Under the pieces are notes generated by a model. It had not been told where the DNA came from, made no database searches, and saw only the letters and a list, made by a program, of their open reading frames with translations. A stretch of 63,781 bases of DNA from Candidatus Zixiibacteriota bacterium (lineage in GTDB: Bacteria; Zixibacteria; MSB-5A5; GN15; FEB-12), in assembly GCA_041908405.1 (NCBI GenBank), contig JAYRFH010000250.1:1-63781 (forward strand), in the 5' to 3' direction. Of the stretch, positions 19,680 to 28,835 are shown in pieces; positions within the stretch are counted from its first letter, which is position 1, and every line of letters begins with the position of its first letter. Position numbers and translations under genes: made by a program.

Positions 19680-21155
19680 TCAGTCTATCCGGTTCGGATT
19701 GTTCCAATAGAAGCGGGTCAATCCTTTGTTGGTCCCTATCCAAAGATAGTCACCCTCGAACAGAAGGTCATATACATAGGTTGAGGCAAGACCGTCTTCG
19801 ACCGAGAAATCGCGGGTTACCGTCCCCTCTTTGTCGAGAAATATGAAAGTCACGCCGCGCTCCGAGGTTACCACCGCGATACGGTCATTGACCGCCAGTG
19901 CGCGATAATCAAGCCGGCTGGAACTGACGCGATACGCTATAGTCGAGGCATCCTCAAGGTCAAGCCGCACCAGTCCATTGTCCGAGACAAACCAGATCGC
20001 CCCGCCGTATGCCTGTACTCCAAAAACACGATTGAACAGCAGTTGATCCGGATCCTGGTATTTCTGCAACCTTCCGGAATCGAGCGCGAAGCGATACGCG
20101 CCGACATCGGAACCGATCCAAAGATACCCCTCGGTCAGCGCAAGATCGTAGATGATGCGATTGTAGAACTGCTTCTGTGCGACATACCGGATGACATCAT
20201 CCTGGAACAGATAGATAAGTAATCCGCTCGTTGTCCCGACAAAAAGCGTATCCTCTCCCACCGTCTGAAGGCTGGTGATGTTGTCGTCGGAGAAACCGCG
20301 CCGCCGGTCGACTCGCTTAATCTGGCTTTGGTCTTGCCTATCGATGAAAAACAGCCCGGACTCGGTCCCGAGGATGATAAACTTCTGGTTGCCGGCGAGG
20401 CAGTTGATATCCACGACAGGCAACCCCGGATGAACACCGGTTTCGATGTAGCGATACGCGCCGGATTGAAGATCCAGGCCGGTCACTCCGGTTCGGCTGC
20501 TCGTCAGTGTCGGGCCGCTGGTCCAGAGGGTGCTGTCATCGCGATACAGACTGTACGCCGCGCTCTGCAGTAAACCATAGGGCAAATGAGTCAATACCTG
20601 GGTAATCGTCCCGCTCCGAAAAAGTCCATATCCCCAACTTCCGAGCCACATGTTGCCGTCACCGTCGTCTACGACATCGGTGATAGTGAACGAGCGAGCT
20701 TCGGGATCGACAATCACGCCGTCGCCGAGATAGTTGAAACCGAACGGCGGCGCCAGCGACACTGGCGCGGCGACGTGTTGGTCGCTTGTCTCAACCGAAG
20801 GAGGATCGAACTGGGTCAGCCAGCGCTTGAAAGTGAAATTGTATTCGTAGTATTCGTTATTCACTTGAGCGTACAGATGCTGATCGAATCGGTCGACCCA
20901 GATGCGTTGAATATCGGACGCCGATATCCCTTCCGCGCCGGTGAGCGGCTCCTCCCACTGGTTCATCTGCTTGTTGTAGATGATAATCCCCGAAGTAGTG
21001 GCGACATACACTTTCGCCTGCGAGGTCGCGATGTAATTCACGTATTGAAAATTGGCGTACGTGACCGCCTGATCGTCAGGGCGTAACGCGTACGCCTGCA
21101 GATTCAATAGGAGCGTGAAGGCCAGCCAGCCGAACCAGCGAACATGTTTCATCAC
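19680..21155 (-). CDS. secreted beta-propeller protein (two-component-regulator propeller-like repeats)
   Basis: Signal peptide MMKHVRWFGWLAFTLLLNLQAYA. Repeats include GNMWLGSWGYGLFR, IYDLALTEGYLWIGSDVGAYRF and VYDLLFEGDYLWIGTNKGLTRFYW. Confidence 0.7.
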   Translation of the reverse strand: MMKHVRWFGWLAFTLLLNLQAYALRPDDQAVTYANFQYVNYIATSQAKVYVATTSGIIIYNKQMNQWEEPLTGAEGISASDIQRIWVDRFDQHLYAQVNNEYYEYNFTFKRWLTQFDPPSVETSDQHVAAPVSLAPPFGFNYLGDGVIVDPEARSFTITDVVDDGDGNMWLGSWGYGLFRSGTITQVLTHLPYGLLQSAAYSLYRDDSTLWTSGPTLTSSRTGVTGLDLQSGAYRYIETGVHPGLPVVDINCLAGNQKFIILGTESGLFFIDRQDQSQIKRVDRRRGFSDDNITSLQTVGEDTLFVGTTSGLLIYLFQDDVIRYVAQKQFYNRIIYDLALTEGYLWIGSDVGAYRFALDSGRLQKYQDPDQLLFNRVFGVQAYGGAIWFVSDNGLVRLDLEDASTIAYRVSSSRLDYRALAVNDRIAVVTSERGVTFIFLDKEGTVTRDFSVEDGLASTYVYDLLFEGDYLWIGTNKGLTRFYWNNPNRID

Positions 21156-22366
21156 TAGAGCCTTTGACCCGTAAAGTTGAGAGTGGCGGCAGTCAGCAAC
21201 GCGGCGGCGCAGGGTAACGCGGCTTCATCCGCCACAAAACGGGGAGAGTGCCACGGCTCAGTCGCCTTGATCTTCGGATTCCGGATGCCAAGCCGGAACA
21301 TGGCCCCCGGTAGTTTCTGCAGGTAGCAGGCAAAATCCTCGCCGCCCAATGAGGCCGGCGTCTGTACGACTTTCCCCGCCCCAAAGAGTGACTGATATTG
21401 CCTCTCTATGTATTCATTCACTCGTCCACTGTTGAACAACACCGGATAGTGCGCCTTTGCTTCGATTGTGCAGCTTGCCCCGCGCGCCTTGGCGATATTC
21501 GTGGCGATTCGTTTGATGAGTGATGGCACCTGTTTTTGCAGTTTAGGTGACAGAGTGCGCGCCGTCCCGGTGATAAGCACTGTGTCCGCGATCACATTGC
21601 GGGCGATCCCCCCCGATATCTTGCCGAACGTGATGACGACCGAGTCGATCGGGTCGGTTTCGCGTGAGACTATCTTTTGTAACGACTCTATTATCTCCGC
21701 GGCGGTGGCAATAGCGTCAACAGTCAGATGCGGTTTCGCGGCATGCCCTCCACGACCATGCACAGTGAGGTCGAAGTCGTAGACCGAGGCCATCGCTACG
21801 CCATCGCGAAGACCGATCTTGCCAGTCGGGATATCCGGATCGACATGCAGACCAAAGATGACATCGGCATTCTTGAGCGCGCCATTGGCGATCATCGGGA
21901 TCGCCCCGCCCGGAGGCATCTCTTCGGCCGGTTGAAAAATAAAACGGACAGTTCCGGCGAGTGATTGTCGGAAATGCGCCAGAAGATTGGCGGTTCCAAG
22001 AATGGAGGCCATATGCATATCATGTCCGCAGGCATGCATGCGGCCCGATCGCTTGGAGGCAAACGGTACACCGGACTTTTCAAGGATCGGCAGGGCATCG
22101 ATATCGGTGCGGATCACGACTGTCGGTCCGTGATGGGCGCCACGCAGTTCCGCAAGCAGACCAGTGGGCATGCGAAGCGGAAGGATCTTGAGCCCCAGCT
22201 TGGTGACCTCTCTGTGCAGGAATTTCGTCGTGTCAAACTCCTGATTGGAAAGTTCCGGATTTTGATGCAAGTGTCGCCGCCAGGCAATCTGTTTATCTGC
22301 AAAGCGAAGCGCTGTGCGCCGGATATCTTCGGAGGTCGGCAAATTCTGGTTCGTTACTTTACGCAT
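21155..22366 (-). CDS. M20D-family amidohydrolase (aminoacylase / hippurate hydrolase-like)
   Basis: WRRHLHQNPELSNQEFDT, MHACGHDMH and FQPAEEMPPGGA motifs. Start taken at MRKVTNQ (22366). Its ATG overlaps the nfi stop (TGATG), so the track ORF extension into nfi is rejected. Confidence 0.85.
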   Translation of the reverse strand: MRKVTNQNLPTSEDIRRTALRFADKQIAWRRHLHQNPELSNQEFDTTKFLHREVTKLGLKILPLRMPTGLLAELRGAHHGPTVVIRTDIDALPILEKSGVPFASKRSGRMHACGHDMHMASILGTANLLAHFRQSLAGTVRFIFQPAEEMPPGGAIPMIANGALKNADVIFGLHVDPDIPTGKIGLRDGVAMASVYDFDLTVHGRGGHAAKPHLTVDAIATAAEIIESLQKIVSRETDPIDSVVITFGKISGGIARNVIADTVLITGTARTLSPKLQKQVPSLIKRIATNIAKARGASCTIEAKAHYPVLFNSGRVNEYIERQYQSLFGAGKVVQTPASLGGEDFACYLQKLPGAMFRLGIRNPKIKATEPWHSPRFVADEAALPCAAALLTAATLNFTGQRL

Positions 22367-23091
22367 CAGGCGGGTGATCCATTCAGATGATTGTGATTTG
22401 TCTGAGATTTGTCTCGTTCGCATTTCTGGCGATACCTGTTCGCCAGAAGGTGGGCAATTCGGAGTGGTTCGGGCTGACGGAATCCGCGGAGTGACCGCTT
22501 GACGATATCGATTGCGATCCGTAAGTCGCACTTATGTCCCGGCGAGACATAGATCGGTTTAACATCATCTTTGCTGCGCAGAACCAGTCCGACTTCCCTG
22601 CCACCAACCAGTATAGGTTGCGTACTTCCTTTGACCGAGTCGATCGGCCGGTGCGTGCCGGACAGAAGTTTCCTGGCACAGCCGATCGTTGGCATATCAC
22701 ACGCGAGCCCAATATGGGAAGCGATACCACAACGGGAAGGATGCGCGATTCCATGACCATTGACTATTATAACATCGGGGCGGCTGGTAAGATTGCCGAG
22801 TGCCTCAAGAATCGCGGGACCTTCGCGGTAGAAGAGCAAGCCGGGGATATACGGAAACGCGACTTCGACCGCGGCGTACGACCGCTCGACCTCCTCAAAC
22901 TCCGGGAATTGAAGTACCACCGCGGCGGCGTAGAGGGTTTTTCCTTCGAATCCATAATCGGTATCAACCGCCGCGATAGTCTGGGGCGCGGTCAGATTGC
23001 TGGTGAGCACGACGCGGTCGGCGGCCAAAGCCTGTGCGGCCTGGGCTGACTGACGGTCGGTCGGCCAGCGATCTGGAACCTGATAGTTCAT
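22366..23091 (-). CDS. nfi: endonuclease V
   Basis: AAVDTDYGFEG, FPYIPGLLFYREGPAILEAL, IVNGHGIAHPSRCGIASHIGL, PTIGCARK and YVSPGH align with E. coli Nfi motifs. Confidence 0.9.
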   Translation of the reverse strand: MNYQVPDRWPTDRQSAQAAQALAADRVVLTSNLTAPQTIAAVDTDYGFEGKTLYAAAVVLQFPEFEEVERSYAAVEVAFPYIPGLLFYREGPAILEALGNLTSRPDVIIVNGHGIAHPSRCGIASHIGLACDMPTIGCARKLLSGTHRPIDSVKGSTQPILVGGREVGLVLRSKDDVKPIYVSPGHKCDLRIAIDIVKRSLRGFRQPEPLRIAHLLANRYRQKCERDKSQTNHNHLNGSPA

Positions 23092-23204
23092 GCAGATAAC
23101 CTTTCATTCAGCGGAAAGTTGCGCTGAGGGCTGAATGAACCAACATAGAGCAGTTCAACAGCGACTGTCAACTGTTCTGACAGACCGCCTAACAGGTTAT
23201 CGCG

Positions 23205-24185
23205 TTATGAGTTAGTCGCACTCTCCTGCGGCTTTTTAGGCCAGATGAGCGACGCTATGACCGAAATAGCCAGCACCAGGAAGATCACTCCCAATGACCA
23301 TGTGACCGGAATCTTGTAAACCTCAGCTAAGAGCATCTTGATACCGACAAAAATGAGAATCACCGACAGGCCATAGTGAATGTGGTGGAACAGCCGCATC
23401 ACGGCAGCCAGCGCGAAATAAAGCGAGCGCAATCCGAGAATGGCGAACACATTCGCGGTGTAGACGATGAACGGATCCTCGGTCACGGCGAAGATCGCCG
23501 GAACTGAGTCGACCGCAAAGATGATATCCGAGGTTTCAATCAACAATAGCACCAGGAACAGCGGTGTAGCTACCCACTTCCCCGCTTCCCTTATGAAGAA
23601 TTTCTTGCCGTGATATTGGTTGGTCACCGGCATCAGCTTGCGGAAAAGCCGCAGCACTGGGTTGCTCTCCGGATGGATCTCCTTGTCTTTCGCCCAGGCC
23701 ATCTTGATGCCGGTGAAGATGAGGAACGCTCCAAAGATATAGATGATCCAGTGGAACTTGGCGATAAGGACCGCTCCCAGCCCAATGAAAATCCCACGGA
23801 AGATAAGCGCCCCAATAATTCCCCAGAAGAGTACCCGGTGCTGATATTGTGTCGGCACCTGGAAATAGGCGAACAGTAGGAGGAAGACAAAGACGTTGTC
23901 GACTGAAAGCGATTTTTCTATCAGATAGCCGGTCAAAAACTGAAGCGCTATTTCCGTGCCACGTTCTGGACCATACAGGCCGGATTTCCAATAATAGAGT
24001 CCGACATTGAAGGCGATTGCCAGCGCTATCCAGACGAATGTCCAGGTGAGAGATTCGCGCACACTGACAACATGGTCGCGACGGTGAAAGATGCCGAGGT
24101 CAAGCGCCAGCATCAGCAAAACAAACAGATTGAATCCGATCCAGAGATAAACTTGGTTCGCTTCGAGAAACTGAATGGTGTCCAT
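23205..24185 (-). CDS. TerC/Alx-family integral membrane protein, a candidate metal (Mn) exporter
   Basis: Multi-TM with TerC-type LSVDNVFVF and SDIIFAVDSVPAIFAVT motifs. Start taken at MDTIQFLEANQ, which is Met25 of the track ORF. Confidence 0.88.
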   Translation of the reverse strand: MDTIQFLEANQVYLWIGFNLFVLLMLALDLGIFHRRDHVVSVRESLTWTFVWIALAIAFNVGLYYWKSGLYGPERGTEIALQFLTGYLIEKSLSVDNVFVFLLLFAYFQVPTQYQHRVLFWGIIGALIFRGIFIGLGAVLIAKFHWIIYIFGAFLIFTGIKMAWAKDKEIHPESNPVLRLFRKLMPVTNQYHGKKFFIREAGKWVATPLFLVLLLIETSDIIFAVDSVPAIFAVTEDPFIVYTANVFAILGLRSLYFALAAVMRLFHHIHYGLSVILIFVGIKMLLAEVYKIPVTWSLGVIFLVLAISVIASLIWPKKPQESATNS

Positions 24186-24381
24186 GGTCCTCTTGGGTTG
24201 ATTTCCTTTTGCCCGATTAAACGGCCTTAAAAAAATCGAGTTCCGACAAAGCGACAAGTCGACTTTCCGATTCGACCGATTTTGTTATCTAATTATAGTG
24301 CAATCGCTTAACCGTACTTTTTTATCTTGTTAGACGGCGCTGGGAACATTATTATCCGAGGGTAATTACTAATAGGTAACT
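24186..24381. promoter_or_regulatory. divergent promoter/operator region between TerC and the DtxR-family regulator
   Basis: The minus strand has a perfect TATAAT (24297..24292) but a poor -35. An AT-phased imperfect palindrome GGTAATTACTAATAGGTAAC (24361..24380) abuts the regulator start codon. Confidence 0.35.
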
Positions 24382-24897
24382 ATGCCGACCAAGTCACACC
24401 CTACCATATCCCTGACCGCCGCTCAGGAAGACTACCTGGAAGTGATCTTCCAGCTTTCGCAACAGGAGCCATATGGCCCGGTGCGAATTACAGATATCGC
24501 GCGCGAACTGCAGACCAAGCTGCCGACCGTCACACGGACTGTCCATAAACTTACTGAACTTGGTTTGCTTGAGCACCCGCACCGTCAGGGCGTGTCCTTG
24601 TCGGAGATGGGGCGAAAAGTGGCATCTGATATTCGTCACCGTCACACCGACCTGGTCGCTTTTTTTACCGGCGTGCTTGGTTTGGATCAACGCGACGCGG
24701 AGCTGGATGCCTGCAAGATAGAGCATGGCATTTCGCCGCGGACCGCCGAGCGACTGCATGATTTTCTTGAGTATTTCCAGACACTGTCAAAGACCGATCA
24801 GGAGAGACTGACCGGTTCTCAATCCATAGCATCTGTAACACGCGAGCGGCAGTTCAAAAATCTGCTGCAAAACCGAGTCCGGGGATGGAGAGGATAA
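24382..24897 (+). CDS. DtxR-family metal-dependent transcriptional regulator (short TroR/MntR-like form)
   Basis: 171 aa. AQEDYLEVIFQL and an HTH VRITDIARELQTKLPTVTRTVHKLTELGLLEH. Metal-site region RHRHTDLVAFF...AELDACKIEH has the DtxR-like H, E, C, E, H positions. Confidence 0.85.
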   Translation: MPTKSHPTISLTAAQEDYLEVIFQLSQQEPYGPVRITDIARELQTKLPTVTRTVHKLTELGLLEHPHRQGVSLSEMGRKVASDIRHRHTDLVAFFTGVLGLDQRDAELDACKIEHGISPRTAERLHDFLEYFQTLSKTDQERLTGSQSIASVTRERQFKNLLQNRVRGWRG

Positions 24898-25838
24898 TGC
24901 GTCCGATGAGACAAGCTGCCTTGCTTATGATGATACTTGGAGTCCTTGCCGCCGCGCTGTTTGCCGGATGCGGCGGACAAAAGGAGAGCGCGACCGCGGA
25001 TGGGAAAGTGATCGTCGTGACGACGATCGGGATGATCGCTGACGCGGTAAAGAATATTACCGGTGACTCGGTCACCTTATATGGCCTCATGGGGCCGGGG
25101 GTTGACCCCCACTTGTATAAAGCGACCAAGGGAGATATCGACCGCCTCAACAGCGCAAATATCATTCTCTATAACGGGCTCAACCTTGAAGCGAAAATGG
25201 CGGAGATATTCAAGCAGATGTCCGCCAGCAAAGTCGCGGTGCCGGTCGGTGAGGCTGTTCCGGATTCGTTGCGCCGCCATCCGGCGCAATTTCAGGGGCA
25301 TCCCGACCCGCATATCTGGTTTGATGTCTCTCTATGGGAAATGGCCGTCCGCGAGATCATCGCGACGCTGACGAAGTACGATACCGCGCACACCGATATG
25401 TATTGTCTCAACGGCGCCGCGTATCTCGACTCACTACATGCCCTTGATATCTGGGTACGGGAGCAGATGGCAACTATCCCGCAAGACCAGCGGGTACTGG
25501 TGACCGCGCACGACGCGTTCGGCTATTTTGGCCGCGCGTATGGGATCGAAGTGGTCGGACTGCAAGGCATATCAACCGTCACCGAAGCCGGACTTTATGA
25601 TGTCACGCATATGATCGATATGCTCGTCGAACGGAAGATCAAGGCGGTCTTTGTGGAATCTTCGGTCCCGAGGAAATCTATTGAAGCAGTGGTGGCTGGA
25701 TGCCAGTCGCGTGGACATGAGATCGTCATTGGCGGTGAACTTTTCTCCGACGCCATGGGGCAGGCCGGCGCGCCGGAAGGAACGTACCTTGGCATGGTCC
25801 GGCACAACGTCAACGCGATCGTGAAAGCACTGAAGTAA
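24897..25838 (+). CDS. metal ABC transporter substrate-binding lipoprotein (cluster A-I, TroA/ZnuA/MntC family)
   Basis: Lipobox LFAGC. Ligand motifs are [23 protein letters not shown] and FSDAMG, giving a His/His/His/Asp set as in TroA. No His-rich loop. The ATG overlaps the regulator stop (TAATG). The alternative start is 24885. Confidence 0.9.
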   Translation: MRPMRQAALLMMILGVLAAALFAGCGGQKESATADGKVIVVTTIGMIADAVKNITGDSVTLYGLMGPGVDPHLYKATKGDIDRLNSANIILYNGLNLEAKMAEIFKQMSASKVAVPVGEAVPDSLRRHPAQFQGHPDPHIWFDVSLWEMAVREIIATLTKYDTAHTDMYCLNGAAYLDSLHALDIWVREQMATIPQDQRVLVTAHDAFGYFGRAYGIEVVGLQGISTVTEAGLYDVTHMIDMLVERKIKAVFVESSVPRKSIEAVVAGCQSRGHEIVIGGELFSDAMGQAGAPEGTYLGMVRHNVNAIVKALK

Positions 25839-25839
25839 C

Positions 25840-26601
25840 ATGGAATCACAGATACCGATCGAAGTCCATGACCTGACGGTCGCCTATCGGCGCAAGCCGG
25901 TGCTCTGGAATGTCGATTTCACTCTGCCGGAGGGAAATCTGATAGGTCTGGTCGGCCCGAATGGCGCGGGCAAATCCACGCTGATAAAAGCGATTATGGG
26001 ACTGTTGCCGCTCCTGTCCGGATACGTGAAGATATACGGAGAGCCGCTGGAGAATATGCGGCACAGGGTCGGCTATGTACCCCAGCGCGAGTCGGTCGAT
26101 TGGGATTTCCCGATAAACGCCCTCGACGTCGTGACAATGGGTCGCTACGGCCGACTCGGCCTGTTCAGTCGTCCGTCCAAGGAAGACAAGCAAATCGCCA
26201 TGGCCTGTCTCGAGAAAGTCGGGATGCAGGATTTCGCGCATCGTCAGATAAGCCAGCTTTCCGGTGGTCAGCAGCAGCGGGTTTTCCTGGCGCGCGCGTT
26301 GACGCAGGATGCCTCGATATACCTCATGGATGAACCATTCGCGGGTGTCGATGCCGCGACCGAAAAAGCGATCATCGACCTCCTCAAAGATCTCAAAGCG
26401 CACAAGAAGACCGTCATGGTAGTGCACCATGACCTCCACACGGTGACCGAATATTTCGATTGGGTTATGCTCCTGAATATGCGCTTGGTCAAGTTTGGAC
26501 CGACCGATCAGATATTCACCGACGAGAACCTTCGCCTCACCTACGGCGGCAAGTTGCTGCTATTGAGTGAAGCGGCCGAAAAAGTGGCGCGGCATCGATA
26601 G
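25840..26601 (+). CDS. metal ABC transporter ATP-binding protein
   Basis: Walker [10 protein letters not shown], signature LSGGQQQR, Walker B IYLMDEP. Confidence 0.93.
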   Translation: MESQIPIEVHDLTVAYRRKPVLWNVDFTLPEGNLIGLVGPNGAGKSTLIKAIMGLLPLLSGYVKIYGEPLENMRHRVGYVPQRESVDWDFPINALDVVTMGRYGRLGLFSRPSKEDKQIAMACLEKVGMQDFAHRQISQLSGGQQQRVFLARALTQDASIYLMDEPFAGVDAATEKAIIDLLKDLKAHKKTVMVVHHDLHTVTEYFDWVMLLNMRLVKFGPTDQIFTDENLRLTYGGKLLLLSEAAEKVARHR

Positions 26602-26607
26602 GCTGAT

Positions 26608-27924
26608 ATGGATTGGTTCGACCTGACAATTCGTTTTTTCTCGCTCGCCGACGCCAATGTCCGGTGGGTGGTTTTTGGCTCGATCTTTTTAGGAGGAGCG
26701 GCCGGCGGCCTGGGATGTTTCGCCTATCTGCAGAAACGCTCGCTCCTGGGGGACGCGCTGGCGCATGCCGCCCTGCCCGGTGTCGGGTTGGCATTCCTGA
26801 TAATGGGGCGAAAGGATTTCCTCGCTTTGCTGATCGGCGCGTCCATCACCGGGTGGCTTGGCGCCATGGCAATCAATTATATCGTGCGAGAGTCAAAGAT
26901 CAAGCTCGATGCCGCGCTGGGGATCGTGCTGACGGTCTTCTTCGGGCTCGGCATCGTAATCCTGACACACATTCAGAAGTCTGGCTCCGGGGCGCAGTCC
27001 GGTCTCGACAAGTTCCTCTTCGGACAGGCCGCCGCGATGGGGCGAGATGATGTCATGATCCTCGGTGTGGTCGCGCTGATCATGCTAGCGGTTGTCTCAA
27101 TCGGGTTTGGCAGATTCAAACTGATCTCGTTTGATGCCGCATTCGGTCGGTCCCTCGGGATGCGAGTCGGGTTACTGCAGTTTGCGATGACCACGATGAT
27201 GGTTTTTGCAGTGACGATCGGTCTTCAGGCGGTCGGCGTTGTGCTGATGGCCGCCATGCTCATCACTCCGGCCGCGGCGGCACGACAATGGACCGACAAA
27301 CTGCACCTGATGGTGATACTGGCGTCGATATTCGGAATCCTCTCCGGTCTGTTCGGCGCGTATATCTCGTTCCTGGCGCCGCGTTTTCCGACGGGGCCGT
27401 GGATGGTGATCGTCGTAACCGCCCTATTCGCGTTTTCTATGCTCTTTGCGCCAAACCGCGGGATAATCAGTTTTATCCGGCAGCATTACGCGAACCGTCG
27501 CAAAATGACGCGTGAGCATGTGCTGAAAGTTCTCTTCAAAGCCGGCCAGGAGAGCAAGCAGTGGCGCACGTATTATCCGTTCGAGCAGATCAAACGGATG
27601 TGGTCCTTCACCCAGCATGAACTTCAGGCCGCGCTCAAAACACTTCAGCGCCAAGGGATGCTCGAGAGATCGGGAACGATGTATCGACTGTCCGAGTCCG
27701 GCGTGACCGAGGGGGCACGCGTGACCCGCCTCCATAGACTGTGGGAGGTCTACCTCTCACGCTACCTCGAATTGCCGGAAGATCATGTGCACCGCGACGC
27801 CGAGGATATGGAGCACATTATCACGCCGGAGATGGAAGAGCGTCTCGAAGAGATGCTGGATCATCCGGCATACGACCCGCACCGTCAGGAGATCCCCTAT
27901 ATCGGGCGGGAGGAGAAACGATGA
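26608..27924 (+). CDS. metal ABC transporter permease (ABC-3 family) fused to a C-terminal DtxR/MntR-like domain
   Basis: 438 aa. The first ~290 aa are a TroC/MntC-type multi-TM permease (LGDALAHAALPGV). The last ~135 aa read ...LQRQGMLERSGTMYRLSESGVTEGARVTRLHRLWEVYLSRYLELPEDHVHRDAEDMEHIITPEMEERLEEMLDHPAYDPHRQEIP. This aligns with the DtxR wHTH end plus its metal-binding/dimerisation domain. Confidence 0.9.
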   Translation: MDWFDLTIRFFSLADANVRWVVFGSIFLGGAAGGLGCFAYLQKRSLLGDALAHAALPGVGLAFLIMGRKDFLALLIGASITGWLGAMAINYIVRESKIKLDAALGIVLTVFFGLGIVILTHIQKSGSGAQSGLDKFLFGQAAAMGRDDVMILGVVALIMLAVVSIGFGRFKLISFDAAFGRSLGMRVGLLQFAMTTMMVFAVTIGLQAVGVVLMAAMLITPAAAARQWTDKLHLMVILASIFGILSGLFGAYISFLAPRFPTGPWMVIVVTALFAFSMLFAPNRGIISFIRQHYANRRKMTREHVLKVLFKAGQESKQWRTYYPFEQIKRMWSFTQHELQAALKTLQRQGMLERSGTMYRLSESGVTEGARVTRLHRLWEVYLSRYLELPEDHVHRDAEDMEHIITPEMEERLEEMLDHPAYDPHRQEIPYIGREEKR

Positions 27925-28796
27925 CCCCGGATCTTTGGGTAATTGTGACCGGCATCCTGGCGGCGGCGTCATTGGCGCTGATCGGCTCGTTCCTGGTGCT
28001 TCGACAGAACGGTATGTTGGGAGATGCCATCTCACACGCGGTTCTCCCCGGTCTGGTGATAGCGTTTCTTATCACCAGTAGTCGGAACGTCGTGCCGATG
28101 GTGATAGGCGCCGGTCTATTCGGGCTGCTGACCGCATACCTGACCGAATTGTTGAGCCAGACGCGCAGAGTCTATTCTGACGCCGCGATGGGGATAGTTT
28201 TCACATTACTCTTCGCGATCGGCGTGATCATGGTCGCAATGTTCACCGAGCAGGTGGATCTCGACCAGGAATGCGTACTGTACGGCGAGATAGCGTACAC
28301 GCCCTGGAATCGACTTGTCGTTGGAGGAGCGGATCTTGGCCCGCGCGCGGTCTGGATACTCGGGGCGGTTCTGTTGGCAAATATAGGGTTCATCGCGCTC
28401 TTCTTCAAACAGCTCAAAATAAGTTCGTTTGATCCGCAAATGGCCGTGGCGGTAGGAATCAAAGAGAAGCTCTGGCATTATCTATTGATGACCATGGTCT
28501 CTCTCACTGTGGTCTCCGCATTTGAGTCGGTCGGCGCTATACTGGTCGTGGCGATGCTGATAATCCCCGGCGCGACAGCCTATCTTTTGACCTCCAAATT
28601 ACATGTGATGTTGTCCCTGTCAGTTGTGATTGGTATTCTTTGTGCTTTAGGTGGATTTTATGGCGCGTCCTGGCTTGACGCGTCCATCGCCGGGATGATG
28701 GCTGTGGTCGGGGGCGTGTTGTTCGGCGCGATTCTGGTTTGGAAACAGGTGTCCCGTAAGGTGCACCAGATGAAGTATTCCACAAACCGCGCATAG
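27921..28796 (+). CDS. metal ABC transporter permease (second subunit, TroD/MntD-like)
   Basis: Starts MTPDLWVIVTGILAAASLALIGSFLVLRQNGMLGDAISHAVLPG. ATGA overlap with the upstream stop. The track ORF 27741..28796 extension lies inside the previous gene and is rejected. Confidence 0.9.
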   Translation: MTPDLWVIVTGILAAASLALIGSFLVLRQNGMLGDAISHAVLPGLVIAFLITSSRNVVPMVIGAGLFGLLTAYLTELLSQTRRVYSDAAMGIVFTLLFAIGVIMVAMFTEQVDLDQECVLYGEIAYTPWNRLVVGGADLGPRAVWILGAVLLANIGFIALFFKQLKISSFDPQMAVAVGIKEKLWHYLLMTMVSLTVVSAFESVGAILVVAMLIIPGATAYLLTSKLHVMLSLSVVIGILCALGGFYGASWLDASIAGMMAVVGGVLFGAILVWKQVSRKVHQMKYSTNRA

Positions 28797-28835
28797 GGAA
28801 TCGAAGAGGCGGCGTAACCGAGAATCGGGGGATCA

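Noticed and set aside
24186-24381. Expected yybP-ykoY (Mn) riboswitch in the TerC/Alx leader.
   Set aside because: I read the minus-strand leader and found none of the conserved GGGGAGUAG-type core or four-way junction sequences. Only an Infernal scan could exclude it formally.
27741-27920. N-terminal 60-aa extension of the second permease ORF.
   Set aside because: It lies inside the fused permease gene. ATG 27921 gives the typical permease N-terminus and an ATGA coupling to the upstream stop.
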